Shown here: piece after piece, positions 39,603 to 53,723 of the stretch | How positions within the stretch are numbered: position 1 is the first letter of the stretch | How the letters are laid out: each line of letters begins with the position of its first letter | From: Octopus sinensis | Lineage: Eukaryota | NCBI RefSeq assembly: GCF_006345805.1 | Contig: NC_043011.1 | Span: 19,046,464-19,110,463, forward strand | DNA length: 64,000 nucleotides | Direction: 5' to 3' | Program-made: the position numbers and the translations under genes | Notes under the pieces: model-generated | Database searches by the model: none | Told to the model about the DNA's origin: nothing | Seen by the model: only the letters and a program-made list of their open reading frames with translations

Positions 39603-40161
39603 GCCATTAAATGGCAGCAACTAACGTAGAAGGCACTCTAGCTAGATGCAGATACTTCACCTGCAATGAGTAGAAAATAAATTCAAATGCCTTCCTATAA
39701 ACAAGCCATACTGTCACAGCATTTTCTTTTTTTTAAATAGTATATATTTGTTTATCAAGATTTGTGTAGCAGATGCCTACACTTCTTTTTCTCTATCTAC
39801 CCGCTCATCATGCAGACAGGCAATTATACTGACATGCAGACATACATACGTACGTATGTATGTATGTGAACGTTAGCATATACATATGCATCAACTACAT
39901 TCACAAAAGGACATATTTCCTGGTCAATGTGACCTTGTGAAATACATGTCTTTATATGGGAAACAGCAAAGTTGTGCGTTGTAATTTAATACTTCACAAA
40001 TGTAAAACACATTATAGGTACATTTAATGAGAACACATTTTTTCATAGCTAATATCAATGAGTATATTTCAATGAAGGATTTGATACAACCACTGCATCC
40101 TTTAACTATCACATGCCGCCCCATATCCTTTACGATATTCTTTGGGCAATGGCTCCAACGC

Positions 40162-40408
40162 TTACTCTTTTACTCTTTTACTTGTTTCAGTCATTTTGAC
40201 TGCGGCCATGCTGGAGCACCGCCTTTAGTCGAGCAAATCGACCCCGGGACTTATTCTTTATAAGCCCAGTGCTTATTCTATCGGTCTCTTTTGCCGAACC
40301 GCTAAGTGACGGGGACGTAAACACACCAGCATTGGTCGTCAAGCAATGCTAGGGGGACAAACATAGACACACAAACACACACACACACACACATATACAT
40401 ATATATAT

Positions 40409-40483
<75 letters not shown>

Positions 40484-40647
40484 TACGACAGGCTTCTTCA
40501 GTGTCCGTCTACCAAATCCACTCACAAGGCATTGGTCGGCCCGGGGCTATAGCAGAAGACACTTGCCCAAGATGCCACGCAGTGGGACTGAACCCGGAAC
40601 CATGTGGTTGGTTAGCAAGCTACTTACCACACAGCCACTCCTGCGCC
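40162..40647 (-). mobile_element. Full-length SINE (same family as 34193-34583)
   Basis: Reverse complement aligns end to end with 34193-34583, with an expanded internal (TA)/(CA) tract. Confidence 0.88.
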
Positions 40648-41313
40648 TTGTTAATATTTTAAATATTTTTTGCATAACCGCAGCGCAAATTACCTGAATT
40701 TTCATGAACGACAAATATTTTCACATTTGAACTTCTAGGACACATATCCTTATTTATGTTGACTGCATAACTTTTAGAAATATTCCATTTTGTCTTTAAT
40801 TTAATTTCATCTAATATTTACTACATTATGTGGAATATTGTATTTATGTTAGCCTTGTTATATACCACGACCAAGTAAGAAGAAGCCATAATATGTATGT
40901 ACAATCATGATAAGAAATATATTATATAGCATTACGCATAAAGAAAATCTAGGCCTTTGGAATATATCGAAAATGTGCGGCGAAATAAATCTATATGAAA
41001 TAATAGAAATTATTACATAGAAACCAAGTGAAAGAAAGAAAATGATATGTTAGAGAACATGCATCAGTCGAGAAATATAACGAAAAATAAGTACGTCATA
41101 TTTTAAGTAATAAATATATCAACTCCATATTTGCATACATTCCAGTTTGTATTTAAATATTAGGAAAATATATTTCAGGAAAATTCAAGCGTTCTTTAAA
41201 CAGAAAATATTTTACCTGACCTTATTTTTTCTAAACTTGCGTATTCTTAAACAAGTTGGGGTTTGACAATATACATTATGCGGAATTTTCAGCAATTCTT
41301 TTATTCTGAGCAC

Positions 41314-41363
<50 letters not shown>

Positions 41364-42843
41364 CAAGATATTTCATATTGTATTGATGATATTTACAAAA
41401 ATATGATACAAGTAGGTTGCAGCTTCAGCAACGAAGAAAAGAGTGTCAACGCAAAAGAAACCTCATTGCATAAGCTACACGATTTATGTGCCACATGCGA
41501 TGAATATAAACGCGTCTTATTGACACAGAGGTATACAGTTATTGGTAGATGCACTAAGCCCCAATTGACTTAAATAGTTGTGCATTTAATTTATTTCGCC
41601 CCTGAATCTCATGTGTTGTTGTTTAACTTACTGAAATTGTTTATGAAAACGTAAATAAAATATTACACATAATCTATCTGGGATTTAAGCTTTCTGAAAT
41701 ATTGAGGTAATTTAGTGCTGTTATCCGCGATAATTTTATACTTAAATGATGTCACTGTTTGAAAGTCCTCCTATGGTCGGGTGCACGTGTGTGCTTGTGT
41801 GTGTGTAATAACATATTTAAGTATAAATTTAAGTATGCATATATTGTCTTTTCATTATTATTTGAATTTTATATAGGTAGAAAGAGTTTCGAACGATGAC
41901 TCAGTATTCCATTACAGGAACAAGAACAACAAAACCGTGAAGAGTTACATCCTGAAATTAGGAAGAGATTTTGCATATTTTTTTTTTATATTTCGTCTCT
42001 GAATTTACTAGCAAACATATATTGTATAGTCATTTTCTTTACCTGAAAACTTTAAGTTTTTCGGGCTAGCTACTCGGTTATTTAATGACATAGACGGGTC
42101 CAATAATCCTAGACATACGTGTGAATTTATAATTCGATCAGTAAATGTATAGCTTCCGAAGTACTTCTCCATAAATGACGGTCTTCTTTTCCTGTCTGAA
42201 AAATGTACTCAAATTTATATATACGCATTACTCTGATATTTTCAGAGTAATATTTTTTTCCGAATATATTCCTTGCAATATATTCATATTTAGCCAATAA
42301 AATGGTATTTACCATAATTATCTCCAGGCAATTTTGTTTACAGATGCGAAGGGACTGTGGCATTGTAATGATATTTTGGAGCAGCGTCTGATCATATGTG
42401 AAATAATTTCAGTAGAAATGTCAATTATTCGACGTACCGTAGGGGATTAAAACTTTTAAAAATATCTTGAACTGCAAAAGAAACCATGTGGAAAATGTGA
42501 AAATGTGACGCTACTGTAGGATGCTGCCATCTTCTTCCGCACATTTACATGATGTATATCCATGCATATCGATTCATTCGTTTCTAAAATGGCTCTCTTT
42601 CAGGCCCTTTTTTAAAGTACGAAACCACTCCTGGAAAGTGTCCTTCTTGAGAAGTTTCCAACTGACTATTCTGTATATTATGTATTTTCTGCTCACCTTT
42701 GAGCACATGTTTCATGAATTTAATAGTTTAACAGAGGTTGGCGAGCGATAGACGGCCTAAATATATTTGGATGCCGGCCTGGAATAAATTATGCCATATA
42801 AAAATCTATTTTCAAGTATAGGAGTAAGTATGTATGCATATCC

Positions 42844-43252
42844 CTTTATTCTTTTACTTGCTTCAGTGATATGGCTGCGACCATGCTGAATCACTGACTT
42901 CAATTGAGGAAATTGGCTCCAGGACTTATTATTTGTAAGGCTAGTACTTATTCTATCGGTATCTTTTGCCGAACCGGTAAATTACGAAGACATAAACACA
43001 CCAACATCGTTTGTTAAGCTATGCTAGGGAAATAAACACAGACAAACACACATACAACTACCCTCACACATGCACACGCACACGCACGATTCTAGCAAAA
43101 ACTGTCCGACGAACGGCAACGTAAAACTCAGAGTAACAGGTTTTGTTGAATTTTCTGCTGCTTTAAATAAAGCATATTACTCTACCACTGGTATTTGAGT
43201 ACTCTTTTTACCACTTTGTTTCACATTTATGTGTTTACTCCGGTATATATAT

Positions 43253-43290
<38 letters not shown>

Positions 43291-43405
43291 CTACACGTTT
43301 TTTTCTGTTTCCGTCTACCAACTCCTCTCACTAGACTTTGTTCTTATCAAGGCTTTAGTACATGGTGGTTGGGAAGCAAGCTCCTTGCCACACAGCCATG
43401 CCTGC
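42844..43405 (-). mobile_element. Decayed SINE (same family as 34193) hosting a PLE pLTR fragment
   Basis: Tail at 42844-43030, head at 43340-43405, interrupted in its internal microsatellite. Confidence 0.7.
43089..43243 (+). mobile_element. Solo 3' fragment of the same PLE family as 15239-18758, with a mutated HHR (43096-43145)
   Basis: Matches 18604-18758 and ends identically (gtgtttactccgg|TATA). The core reads CCGACGA..TAAAA. Confidence 0.9.
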
Positions 43406-43710
43406 ATTTATTTACGATTGCACACTTGTATGTAATTGTACATGCTATCTTCATTTCTATTGTTTGAATTCTTTTCATAATTAATATCGCCAGTTTATAA
43501 CGGACTACATACGTATATGAGAAATAGGAGAAGGCATGTTATGAAATATGGACTCGTAAAACTCATATTCAAGTTCTTTAATTCATGATGTCATTCCTAT
43601 TCTGTAAAAGTCGGATCATAATATCTAAACATATGGACATCTTTCCTATTAAATGTATTTGATATTTTTTGTACATTGATTTATTTAACTTACTTATCCT
43701 TACATTTACT

Positions 43711-43782
<72 letters not shown>

Positions 43783-43861
43783 GTATATATGTATATACAT
43801 ATATATATATGTATATATGTATACACACATACATATATATATATACATACATATATATATA

Positions 43862-43901
<40 letters not shown>

Positions 43902-43939
43902 GTGTATATCCATATGTGTTCAAATGTAAATTTAGAAGA

Positions 43940-44250
43940 CTTGTACCCCGTCGGATAAGACAACGACGATTCCAGTTGATCTCATCAAGAGTATTCCATA
44001 ACGTGCAAGTGGATGAGCACTGGACAGACAAGCTAACCCTTAAATAGTTCTCAGAAAGTTTCAGCGTGACGCAGGATGGCACAAGGTCGGACTTTTAAAA
44101 TATTGGTTATTTAATCTTTTGTCAGGTGATTGGACAAACCCAAAACGAAAGAAAGCGCTTTGCTAAAGGAGACATCACGCCGCCAGTAATTGAAGTAACG
44201 ACCTTGCTATCATGAGCTGAATAACTTAACTGCGAAGCTTCACACCTTCC
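43940..44250 (-). mobile_element. tRNA-derived SINE, decayed (same family as 23795 and 39383)
   Basis: Reverse complement has a tRNA-like head and a body homologous to 23795-24085. Confidence 0.55.
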
Positions 44251-45439
44251 GATATTATGTATAAATTTGTATCACTATATACAATATATATGTATATGCG
44301 TATGTATGCATGTATGAATGCATGTATGTATGAACGTATCTAAAGAATTCTCATATTGCTATATCTACTAAAGTGTCATTAAAAATTTTATTGAAACGTA
44401 AAATTATTGAAGTACGCATGTATAAAGCTGCAATATTCATAAGATTAGTGAATACATTACCTTAAAAAATTCACATCTTCAGGTTATACCATAAACTAGG
44501 CGGGTTAATATTTATATGCTGTTGTGTTGAAGCACGTGTTAGCACATGAAGAATCAAAGTAAGATCACACTACTAATTAAAATATAAAAGTGGGCTGACA
44601 TGCAATCGACTAATTAGAACCGTATGCAGAAAACGGACAGCACAAAATGAGTGAGCCGAGAGGGGGGAACATATAAGTAGTAAGGAGAGATTATGATCAT
44701 TGATCCGAACAAAGAGCAAACCAGCATTGAGTCATATATCGGCGTCAGAACATTATTTCAAAAAACAGGCAGCACCCTTCCAATCAAGACTCGGTCAAGT
44801 CTTTGAAATATGCCATTGCAGATGTCAATGAGACAATATACTCAGTTACTGTGTGGTCTATTATATAACATATATACATATGCGCGCGCGCACACACACA
44901 CACACAGACACAGCGCAGATGGCTTTACGGGGGCGTCTGCCTATGTGTATACACGGGTGGGTGGAATCTGTGGCGGTGCGTAGTGCATCCTTCCTTGGGA
45001 TGACAAGAATTTCCATATTTGAACTTGATACCATAAACCTGTTGCAAAAACCCACATTTTGCCTCAGTTTACTCTCTACTTAATATTTGTAAAATTTAGT
45101 ATCGTTTTTGTCATTGTTAGTGTTGTTGCTGTTATCATCAATCTTACGTTGCCTCTGAGTTATCTCATATTTCTCTCTATTCTCTATTCACCCTATATGT
45201 GTGTGACCTCTTGCATATGCTTCAGGAGAGGCGTCGCCATCACTATTTTACCCTGATACAATGAATTCATCATCATCTCTTTTGCCATATCAATAATATT
45301 GAATGTAATTTGCACAGTGGTAATACGTCAGTGCATTCAACCCATTAGAATTTGTATTTTTCACATAGAATGCCCCGAAATTAATTGCAATTGGGTATCT
45401 CACCACTAGCTATGATTAATAATGAAAAACGGTTTACTG

Positions 45440-45473
<34 letters not shown>

Positions 45474-46937
45474 TATAAAACTGAAATTACCAATTACGTT
45501 TTCTGTTTTTATATTTATTACGTATGTGTATTCCTGTTGTATGTACATGTACGCGGGTGCATGTTCGAGAGAGTGTATGTGTGTGTGTGTTTGTGTGTAT
45601 GTGTTCATGTGAGTGTGTGTGTATAGGCAGGAAGTGAGAGGCGGTGATCAGGTGAGTACCCGCACATTTCACCCTTTAACACACCCCTTTTTATATATTT
45701 CTCTCCTATTAGTTATGGCAAAAACCGCCAGCGACTTTACTAGATCTAAACCAAAATTAAATATTTGCCCTGAGGTCTTCCCAACATCATAGTTACGCTT
45801 ACGTTTCCCAGCTACATAGCCTTGACTGTCCCGATATGTGGTCGCAATAGTTTTATAATTCCCAATTCCATTGTTCCACTCGGAAAGTGCATTTATGATT
45901 GTTATATCAGTTATCTGTTGCATTTATTTACGGTTCATTGTCGGTTGACTTCTAATCTTAAGATGCCTAGCAGCCTCTAGAAATGATCAAGTACGAACTA
46001 GATGCTGAGGAACAAACTCAGCTGAATATACGCAGTTGAAAATGCAAAATGTGGATATAGATTTTTGAGACAGAACTTTTGTTCTGATTGAGATAATATA
46101 ACATAAATATACTGAAACATGTTATTTTTTGTAATATATATTATGTAAAATATACTGTAAACTGTTTGCTTCGATCAGGTTTCCCTTTTGTATCCCTAAG
46201 TACATTTGTTGATTATTACATTACATTATCAGAAGGTCTGTGGATGAGAGCTAATATTATAAAAAGTGAAGTCATATATTTTGTAGTATATATCCAAATA
46301 ACTAAAACAATTTTTCAATTATATTAATACAATTATCTAAATTCATAATTATTTTTGATCAATGTTGTTAATGGACATGAAGCGTTATATTAAATAAAAT
46401 GGTAGTTTTAAAATGTCACTTTTGGTTGATATCTATAGGATAAGCTTGTTTCAAACAAATGTATTTTCCATACAAATAAATGCACAATTTTGTAAATTAT
46501 CTAGGAATATTGCTGTCACTATTTCATCAAGTATGCTAATATTTTTCTTTCACTAAATATTTAAAAACAAAATTCCACATCCGATCATACTGAAGTTTAT
46601 AACAGATATCTATATTTTCTCTCACCACACAGAGTTAACGCTGTTTAATAATGGCTCCCGTAAGTAATTTAACAACTCTTAATTTGGGGTTCTCTCGCGG
46701 TACGATAGCTGGTCATAAAATCCGAATCTGACTGATGCAATCCTAGTTCAATGGAAAATATGTTACAAAAATTTATTTCACTTAGATTTATATCGGGTGA
46801 CTTAACGTCTATTCATGTAGCAGGATGTTACTTCAAATATAGTTATGACTAGAAAATGTTTATGGTTTAAGTATATAGTGTATATTTATAGAGAAATATT
46901 CAATCAAATACAAACACACACATATCTAATCACACTT

Positions 46938-47190
<253 letters not shown>

Positions 47191-49084
47191 GTATAGGGGA
47201 AAAGAAGAGAAGAAAATGGAGAATAAATGTATGTAATTACTGATATATTTGCATGTTGGAGAAAGATGTTTCTGAAAGAAAAAACTTTACAGATAAATTG
47301 TAAGTTGGAAGCTCAAAATGTTAGGAAAAAAACCTAAGAAGATCCTACATATATATTACTGTCAAACCAATAATTAGATTGGTATTTCCAAAACATGTTT
47401 AATGTTAAGAAAATTGCCACATACATACTAATTTTGGTTGGACTTCAGGTTTCAAAAACACTCATCTCCAATTAGATGGTCATTAAATCTTTTGAGGGAA
47501 GTTTGTAGTGTTAGCAGGTTAAAGTTAAAAACTGTTTACAGACTCCGTTTCATTGGTAGGTTGTGATTATTTTTGGATATACTTCATACATATACAAAAT
47601 ATAATTAATAAACAGATAAATAAATAGAAAACTTAAAATAAAAGAAACTGACAATAAAATTAAAAATAAATAAATTTAATATAAGAAGAAATTTAATTCT
47701 ATGGATGATACTTGGTTTAATGAGAGATGCATATATTGTCATGATTCAGGATGGATAGAAATTTGAAAAAGCTGTAGTAATTCTTGACCAGTTGAAGCTT
47801 ACTTATCGACAGGTATTGGTTAAGGTACGTAAGTACATATTTGAATGCAGTTGACGAGAATAGGAAATACCAAGTATATAGTAGCTCATACGTATTCTAA
47901 TTGAGCATATATGAGCAGAAAATAAATAAAATACATAAATAAACATGCATATGAACACATGTATACTTGAGCACATTGATGCATGTGTATAGATAAAAAT
48001 AAACCATAAACATAAACACACGCATTCACATATATATAAAAAAATATTTTAAAAAATATATGCCGGTCTATGTATAAGGACAAAGAAAAAACATGCTTAT
48101 ACACTTAGGGAAATGGACCAAATATACAGGAAACAGGGTGTGTATATGGAAATAAAAAGTGGGGAATGTTCTAATAGGTTAAGTGAAATAGTAGATGTTT
48201 AAAAACCAAACTTGATTTAATATTAGTAATCAAAGATGCTAGGAAGATTTGTGGAGGACAAATTAACCAAAATAGGCGAGAAAAGGAGGATATAGCTGTT
48301 AATCTATAAATTAATTATGTTTGAGTTTGTTGTACACGGGTTTTATATAAATAAAAATAGAGATAGATGTTCCGATAATAGCGATAAAGAGCAAGAAACT
48401 AGGACGAGAATATATCGAGGTTCCAGTTAAGAGACTAGTAACTATAAGGAAGATAGGTTTCGCATAGGTCTTTATATATCCAAAGAAACCGGTGCACACC
48501 GACTTTCTTTCACAATATATAGATAATCTAATCATCGTATCCTTCTTCCATTATTCTTATTTTTTCTTCTGTATCGGTTTTTTTAAATATTAACATCACA
48601 CCTACTTTTCACTTATCTACCTATAAATTAATACTTATCTTCATATTTATTTTATTTTCTTTCAGTATCACATTCATCATTTCATCTTTCTATTTATTTA
48701 TTTATTTATTCCTAAATTTATAGATAACAACATACTTTTCTCATGAAGCGCGGTGTCATATAGTTCATCATTTTTGACATCCTAAGTAATAATATAGGTA
48801 CCACGAGATGTTTTTTTAACTCTCTGATTTTGTTTATTTTCATATGATACATGATTCCATGCAAACTTTTCTGTACGATGCACATATGAATCAATCCCCT
48901 TTTTTCTTCAATGTAATCTTAGATGGTGTTTATATTCATTACAGTAACCATTTAAAGTTCACATCTTGTGCCCACTTTTTGTCACTGGACCCAACATCTT
49001 TTTGCAGGAGATTGTCTAATGGGAGTCTTGGTTTTGTTGCGTGCGTGGCGGTCCTTGGCGTTGGTTTATATACATATATATATA

Positions 49085-49358
49085 TATATCACGTGATCAT
49101 GTGGCCAACCAGACCATCAGATGTGCTACACATCGCTGGTTTTAGCCTTCGAATGACGCCGAGCAGACCAACAGAAGAAAGAGTGAGAGAAAGAGTTGTG
49201 AAAGAGTACATCAGGGATCCCCCGCACCTGTCGGGGATCGTGGAGCTTTTAGGTGTTTTTGCTCAATAGACACTCACAACGCCCGGTCTGGGAATCAAAA
49301 TCGAGATCCTACGACCGCGAGTCCGCTGCCCTAAGCACTGGGCCATTACACTTCAACA
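49085..49358 (-). mobile_element. tRNA-derived SINE
   Basis: Minus-strand head tggcccagtgcttagggcagcggactcgcggtcgtagg..tttgattcccagaccggg. Confidence 0.7.
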
Positions 49359-49364
49359 TATGTA

Positions 49365-49422
<58 letters not shown>

Positions 49423-50444
49423 ATATATTCAAAGAAGGTGGTGCACACCGATCTTCTTTCACGATATATAGATAATATAATCACCTTATTCTTACTCTTA
49501 GTAATCTTATTTTCCCTTGTCTAGCGCTTATTTTAGTATATTAATATCACACCCGCTAAACATATCGTTTTTATAGTAACTAATTTCCTAATTGGAACCT
49601 CGATATATTCTTATCCTAGTTTTCTACTCTTTAGTGCTATTAACATAACACCTATTTCTAGTTTTATTTATATCAAAGACGTCTAGAATGAACTCAAACA
49701 TAATTAATTTATATATTATTAACAATATTCTCCTTTTGTCTCTTATCTTTGGTTAATCTGTCCTCCACGGGTCTTCCTAAAGTCTTGTATTACTAATATT
49801 AAATCTAATTGAAGCATCTACTATTTCACGTATACTTATAATCTAACTATAAATTAAATACCTATTAGAACTCCCCCAACATTTATTTTCCCTATAAGAC
49901 TTCTTTTTCGCTATATTTCGTCCATTTTCCTGCCTATATAAGTGTGCTTTTCTGTGTCCCCGGCATATAACTTTTTAAATAGTTTTTTTTATTTATGTGC
50001 ATACATGTGTTTATGCTTCTGATTTATGTTTATCTATATGCATGCACCTATGTGTGCAGGTATACAGGCGTTCCTATGCATGTTTATATATTTATTTTAT
50101 ATTATTTTTTTTATTTTCTGCAAATATAGGCTCAATTACAATACGTATGAACTTGATATAAACTTGATATTTACCTACATACCTTAACCGATGCCGGTCA
50201 AACAGTACGCTTCAACTGGTCAAGCATTACAACGACTTTTTCAAAGTTCTATCTTTCCTGAATCACGAAAATATATGCATCTCTCACTAAAACAATAAGA
50301 ATCATCTATGGAATTTAGTTTCTTCGTATATTAAATTTATTTATTTTTATTTTTTATTTTATTTTTCTATTTCTCTTTATAATTTTCTTTTTCTTTTTCT
50401 ATGTATTTATGTGTTTATTAATTACAATATGTGTATATGTATAT

Positions 50445-50995
50445 AGTACGAACAAAACGCCCCCCATCCAACGGACGGTGCTGAAACATATCTGCTGAAT
50501 AAAAAGCAAACAGTTTTTCATTTCATTAAAAAATAATTAAGCATGCCTTTATTTCTATAAAATTTCTGGTTTTGTTAAACGAAGTTAAGTCAAAAAAAAA
50601 CTTCTTGGGAAACTAAATAGTCTTTCCTTCCTTCATGCCAAGTTTGAAGAAAATATCTCTTTTGCATCTGACTTTTTAGGTCTCTTTAATATACTGCATT
50701 TTGTGGCATTATTTCAAGCCAGCCAACTTTTTTGCGCTAAATCACGTGCAATTTTTCTCGCGTACGCATAGTATTGATCGCAACAGCTGATGTACTTGCG
50801 CGTAAAAATGCACGTTCCCACGGCTTTATCGATCGCATTATCAGATGGAATAGATTTTTGAAATTTTTTCAAGACCTATACATGCCCTGATACCGTCGGT
50901 ATCGACATATCAAAAACGAACGCAATCGGATGGAGGATGCCCTAGATCCTAGAAGACACACACACAGACACACAGAATTGATTTTATATAAAATA
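50445..50995 (-). mobile_element. Probable non-autonomous Helitron-like insertion interrupting the second copy of the 1.3-kb repeat
   Basis: Absent from the partner copy. The minus strand starts tatataaaatcaattctgtgtgtctgtgtgtg and has a GC-rich hairpin (ccgtcc gtt ggatgg) near the other end. No clean CTAG terminus. Confidence 0.45.
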
Positions 50996-51495
50996 TCCAC
51001 AAAGAATCAAAACCTGCCAATCAAATAGAATCTCTAAACATAGATTTCAACCTCAACTTACTAATACTAAGCACTTCCCTCAAACCTAAGTGGAGTTAAC
51101 TATTTTTGGACACTGAATAATTACAACCATGAATAGTAAGAATGTGTCAATGTTCTTGAAATTAAACAACGTTTTCGAAATTCCTAAATACTTATTGGTT
51201 TGAAAAGATACATATATGTAGGTCCTTTTAAAGTTTTTTCTTAATTTTTGATTTTTGAGTTTTCAACTTCCAATTTAATTGTAATGCTTTTTTTGAAAAA
51301 AAAATTATCTCTATACAACAAGCAAATAAATCAGTAATTATATCAATATATTCTCCATTTTATTCTTCTTGTTTTACCCTCAATATTTATAATTCCAATA
51401 ATCCTAAACATATGCCGTTCTATGATAGAGATTGAACCTGTGGAATATCTTGGATTATGTAATACCTAATGAGGACTTGACTTCTTCGTATTCCC

Positions 51496-51550
<55 letters not shown>

Positions 51551-51565
51551 ATAACAATGCAATAC

Positions 51566-51638
51566 AATGCAGCTGATGAAGACTAATTAAATTTACGTTG
51601 TCAAACTTATTTGAAGAGTTAGAAACCGGTCCAGCATT
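51566..51638 (+). ncRNA. Type I hammerhead ribozyme motif in a (TA)n-flanked pLTR-like fragment (~51545-51830)
   Basis: aatgcag-CTGATGA-a gact..long loop..agtt a-GAAA-ccgg-TC-cagcatt: palindromic stem III ACCGGT, GUC cleavage site at 51631, one mismatch in stem I. Confidence 0.65.
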
Positions 51639-53196
51639 ATTCGATTCTAGGTTGTCCATTTATCGATTGTTCTTCCTAGAGGTAAGACAGATTTTTTTTC
51701 ATGTTTGTTGCAAACACACATCTTTGCTTGTATATACGCAGTGGTGAAGCTATACAATAGCGTCGTATTTATATCGATTGCTATTTTCCAGTGAATCTCG
51801 GTGCCTTTTTGTACCATGTATCTACTTTTATATGTATATATATATATCTATACGTTACAACAAATTTGGGAAATATTTCCATTTGAGACCTCGTATTATA
51901 TGAAAACATTTCAAGGACAAAAAAAACCTGTTCCAGGAAAGCGTTGTTAATGAAATTAAGTTACATTTATGGATGTGAAAACTTTTATTTCAGAAAAGTT
52001 CATAGTGAAAATCAAGAAACAAATACAAATGTTTTATCTCTGTCTTTGAATCTGCTGAGGAATTTTCCATTAGAAGTTAAACAATGTAGACTAATATCGT
52101 TTGCTGTTATTGATTTTCCTTAAAAGCTTTCTATGTTCACAGTAACTTTGATTAAAAACTTAAAGTAAATTTTTATTGCTTAATCTTTTCCTCATTTAGA
52201 AGACGAGAAATGATTTTTATTTCATCTTCAGAAGAACTCTTCTGTGCGCTTCTCCTGCGTTTGGAAAAAGAGATAAACATAAAACTGATAAATAAATATA
52301 TTCATTTAATATGAAAATATACAAAAATAATTATAGCTAAGAGCCCAGGTGCTCTATGTTTCACTGACTCTTCTTTATTTCCTATATTTTGTTCAGAACG
52401 TATTAATGTAAATTGGACAAAGGGAAGAAGCTATCCATTTTTCCAAATTTAAAATTGGCAAGACTAATGAACATCAATATGTTTTAAAGTATATTTTTTT
52501 TACATTATAGTAATAACGAGTAAAATTATTTAATGAAGTACAAAATTATTAATTTTCAAACGGACATAATGCGAAAGTTTCAAGAAATATCCTGGAAGCA
52601 TTGACTTTGATGTAAGTATATATTGATGTATAGAAAAGTATTCCATACGTTTTTAACATACATTACCATTCTTATGCCTGTAACCTTTCTAGCATCTGAT
52701 AAAACTCTAAGTTATTGTATCCGATATTTATATTGAACTGGAATAAACTTCTGCTTCATATCTTGTATTATTACATGTTCTCTTCCATTAACAAAACATC
52801 AATTTTAGGAGTCCGATATAATCTTGCATAAATTCTGCCTTTAATCATAGGCGATTTCATATTATCTTTCCGGACATATATTGCTAGAATTATCTCAAAT
52901 TCTATTAAGCTAAAATCGATGAAGTAATTACTTTACCATTACCAATTCTAAGCATCTATAAAACAAATTCAACTGTGGTTTATGGCAGTATCTAAAATAT
53001 ACAAACCATTCCAAATGTTGTTTTCGTGGAAAAATAATAACTAAAAATTATAGCAGAAATGTAAATATGAAAAGCAAACATGTTTTACAAAGGGTAAATT
53101 GTATGCAATTTGGAGAGGCAGTGAAGGAGCTGATGTATTTTGGAAATGCGAAGTATCATGCAAGTATATGTGCGTATGTGTATGTGTGCGTGTGTG

Positions 53197-53533
53197 AAGG
53201 CCCATGGCTCAGTGGTTAGAGCATCGAGCTTACGATCGTGAGGTTGTGAGTTCCAATCCCGGACCGGGTTGCGTGTTGACGTCTGGAGCAAGACACTTTA
53301 TTTCACGTTGCTCCAATTCACTCAGGTGTACAAATGAGTCGCGACGTCACAAATGCCAAGCTGTATCGGCCTTTTCCTTTCCCTTGGTTAACATTGGTGG
53401 CGTGGAGAGGGCAGGCCGGTATGCATGGGCAACTGCTGGTCTTCCGTAAACAACCTTGCCCGGACTTGTGCCTGGGTGGGTAACTTTCTATGTGCAATCC
53501 CATGGTCTGTGTTGTGACCGAGGGGAGGTCTCA
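53197..53533 (+). mobile_element. tRNA-derived SINE
   Basis: A box tggctcagtggttagagc, B box gagttccaatccc, CORE-like gagcaagacactttatttcacgttgctcca. Confidence 0.8.
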
Positions 53534-53550
53534 TATATATATATATATAT

Positions 53551-53581
<31 letters not shown>

Positions 53582-53654
53582 CATACATACATACATACAT
53601 ACATACATACAGACAGACAGACATACACATATATATATATAAATAAATATATAT

Positions 53655-53688
<34 letters not shown>

Positions 53689-53692
53689 ATAA

Positions 53693-53723
<31 letters not shown>

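Noticed and set aside
45640-45710. Strong donor CAG|GTGAGT and a nearby acceptor-like tract
   Set aside because: No coding exon or gene context supports it.
47845-47885. TTGACGA..GAAA tac caa gta TA, HHR-like
   Set aside because: No stem I or stem II pairing, and it is absent from the partner copy.
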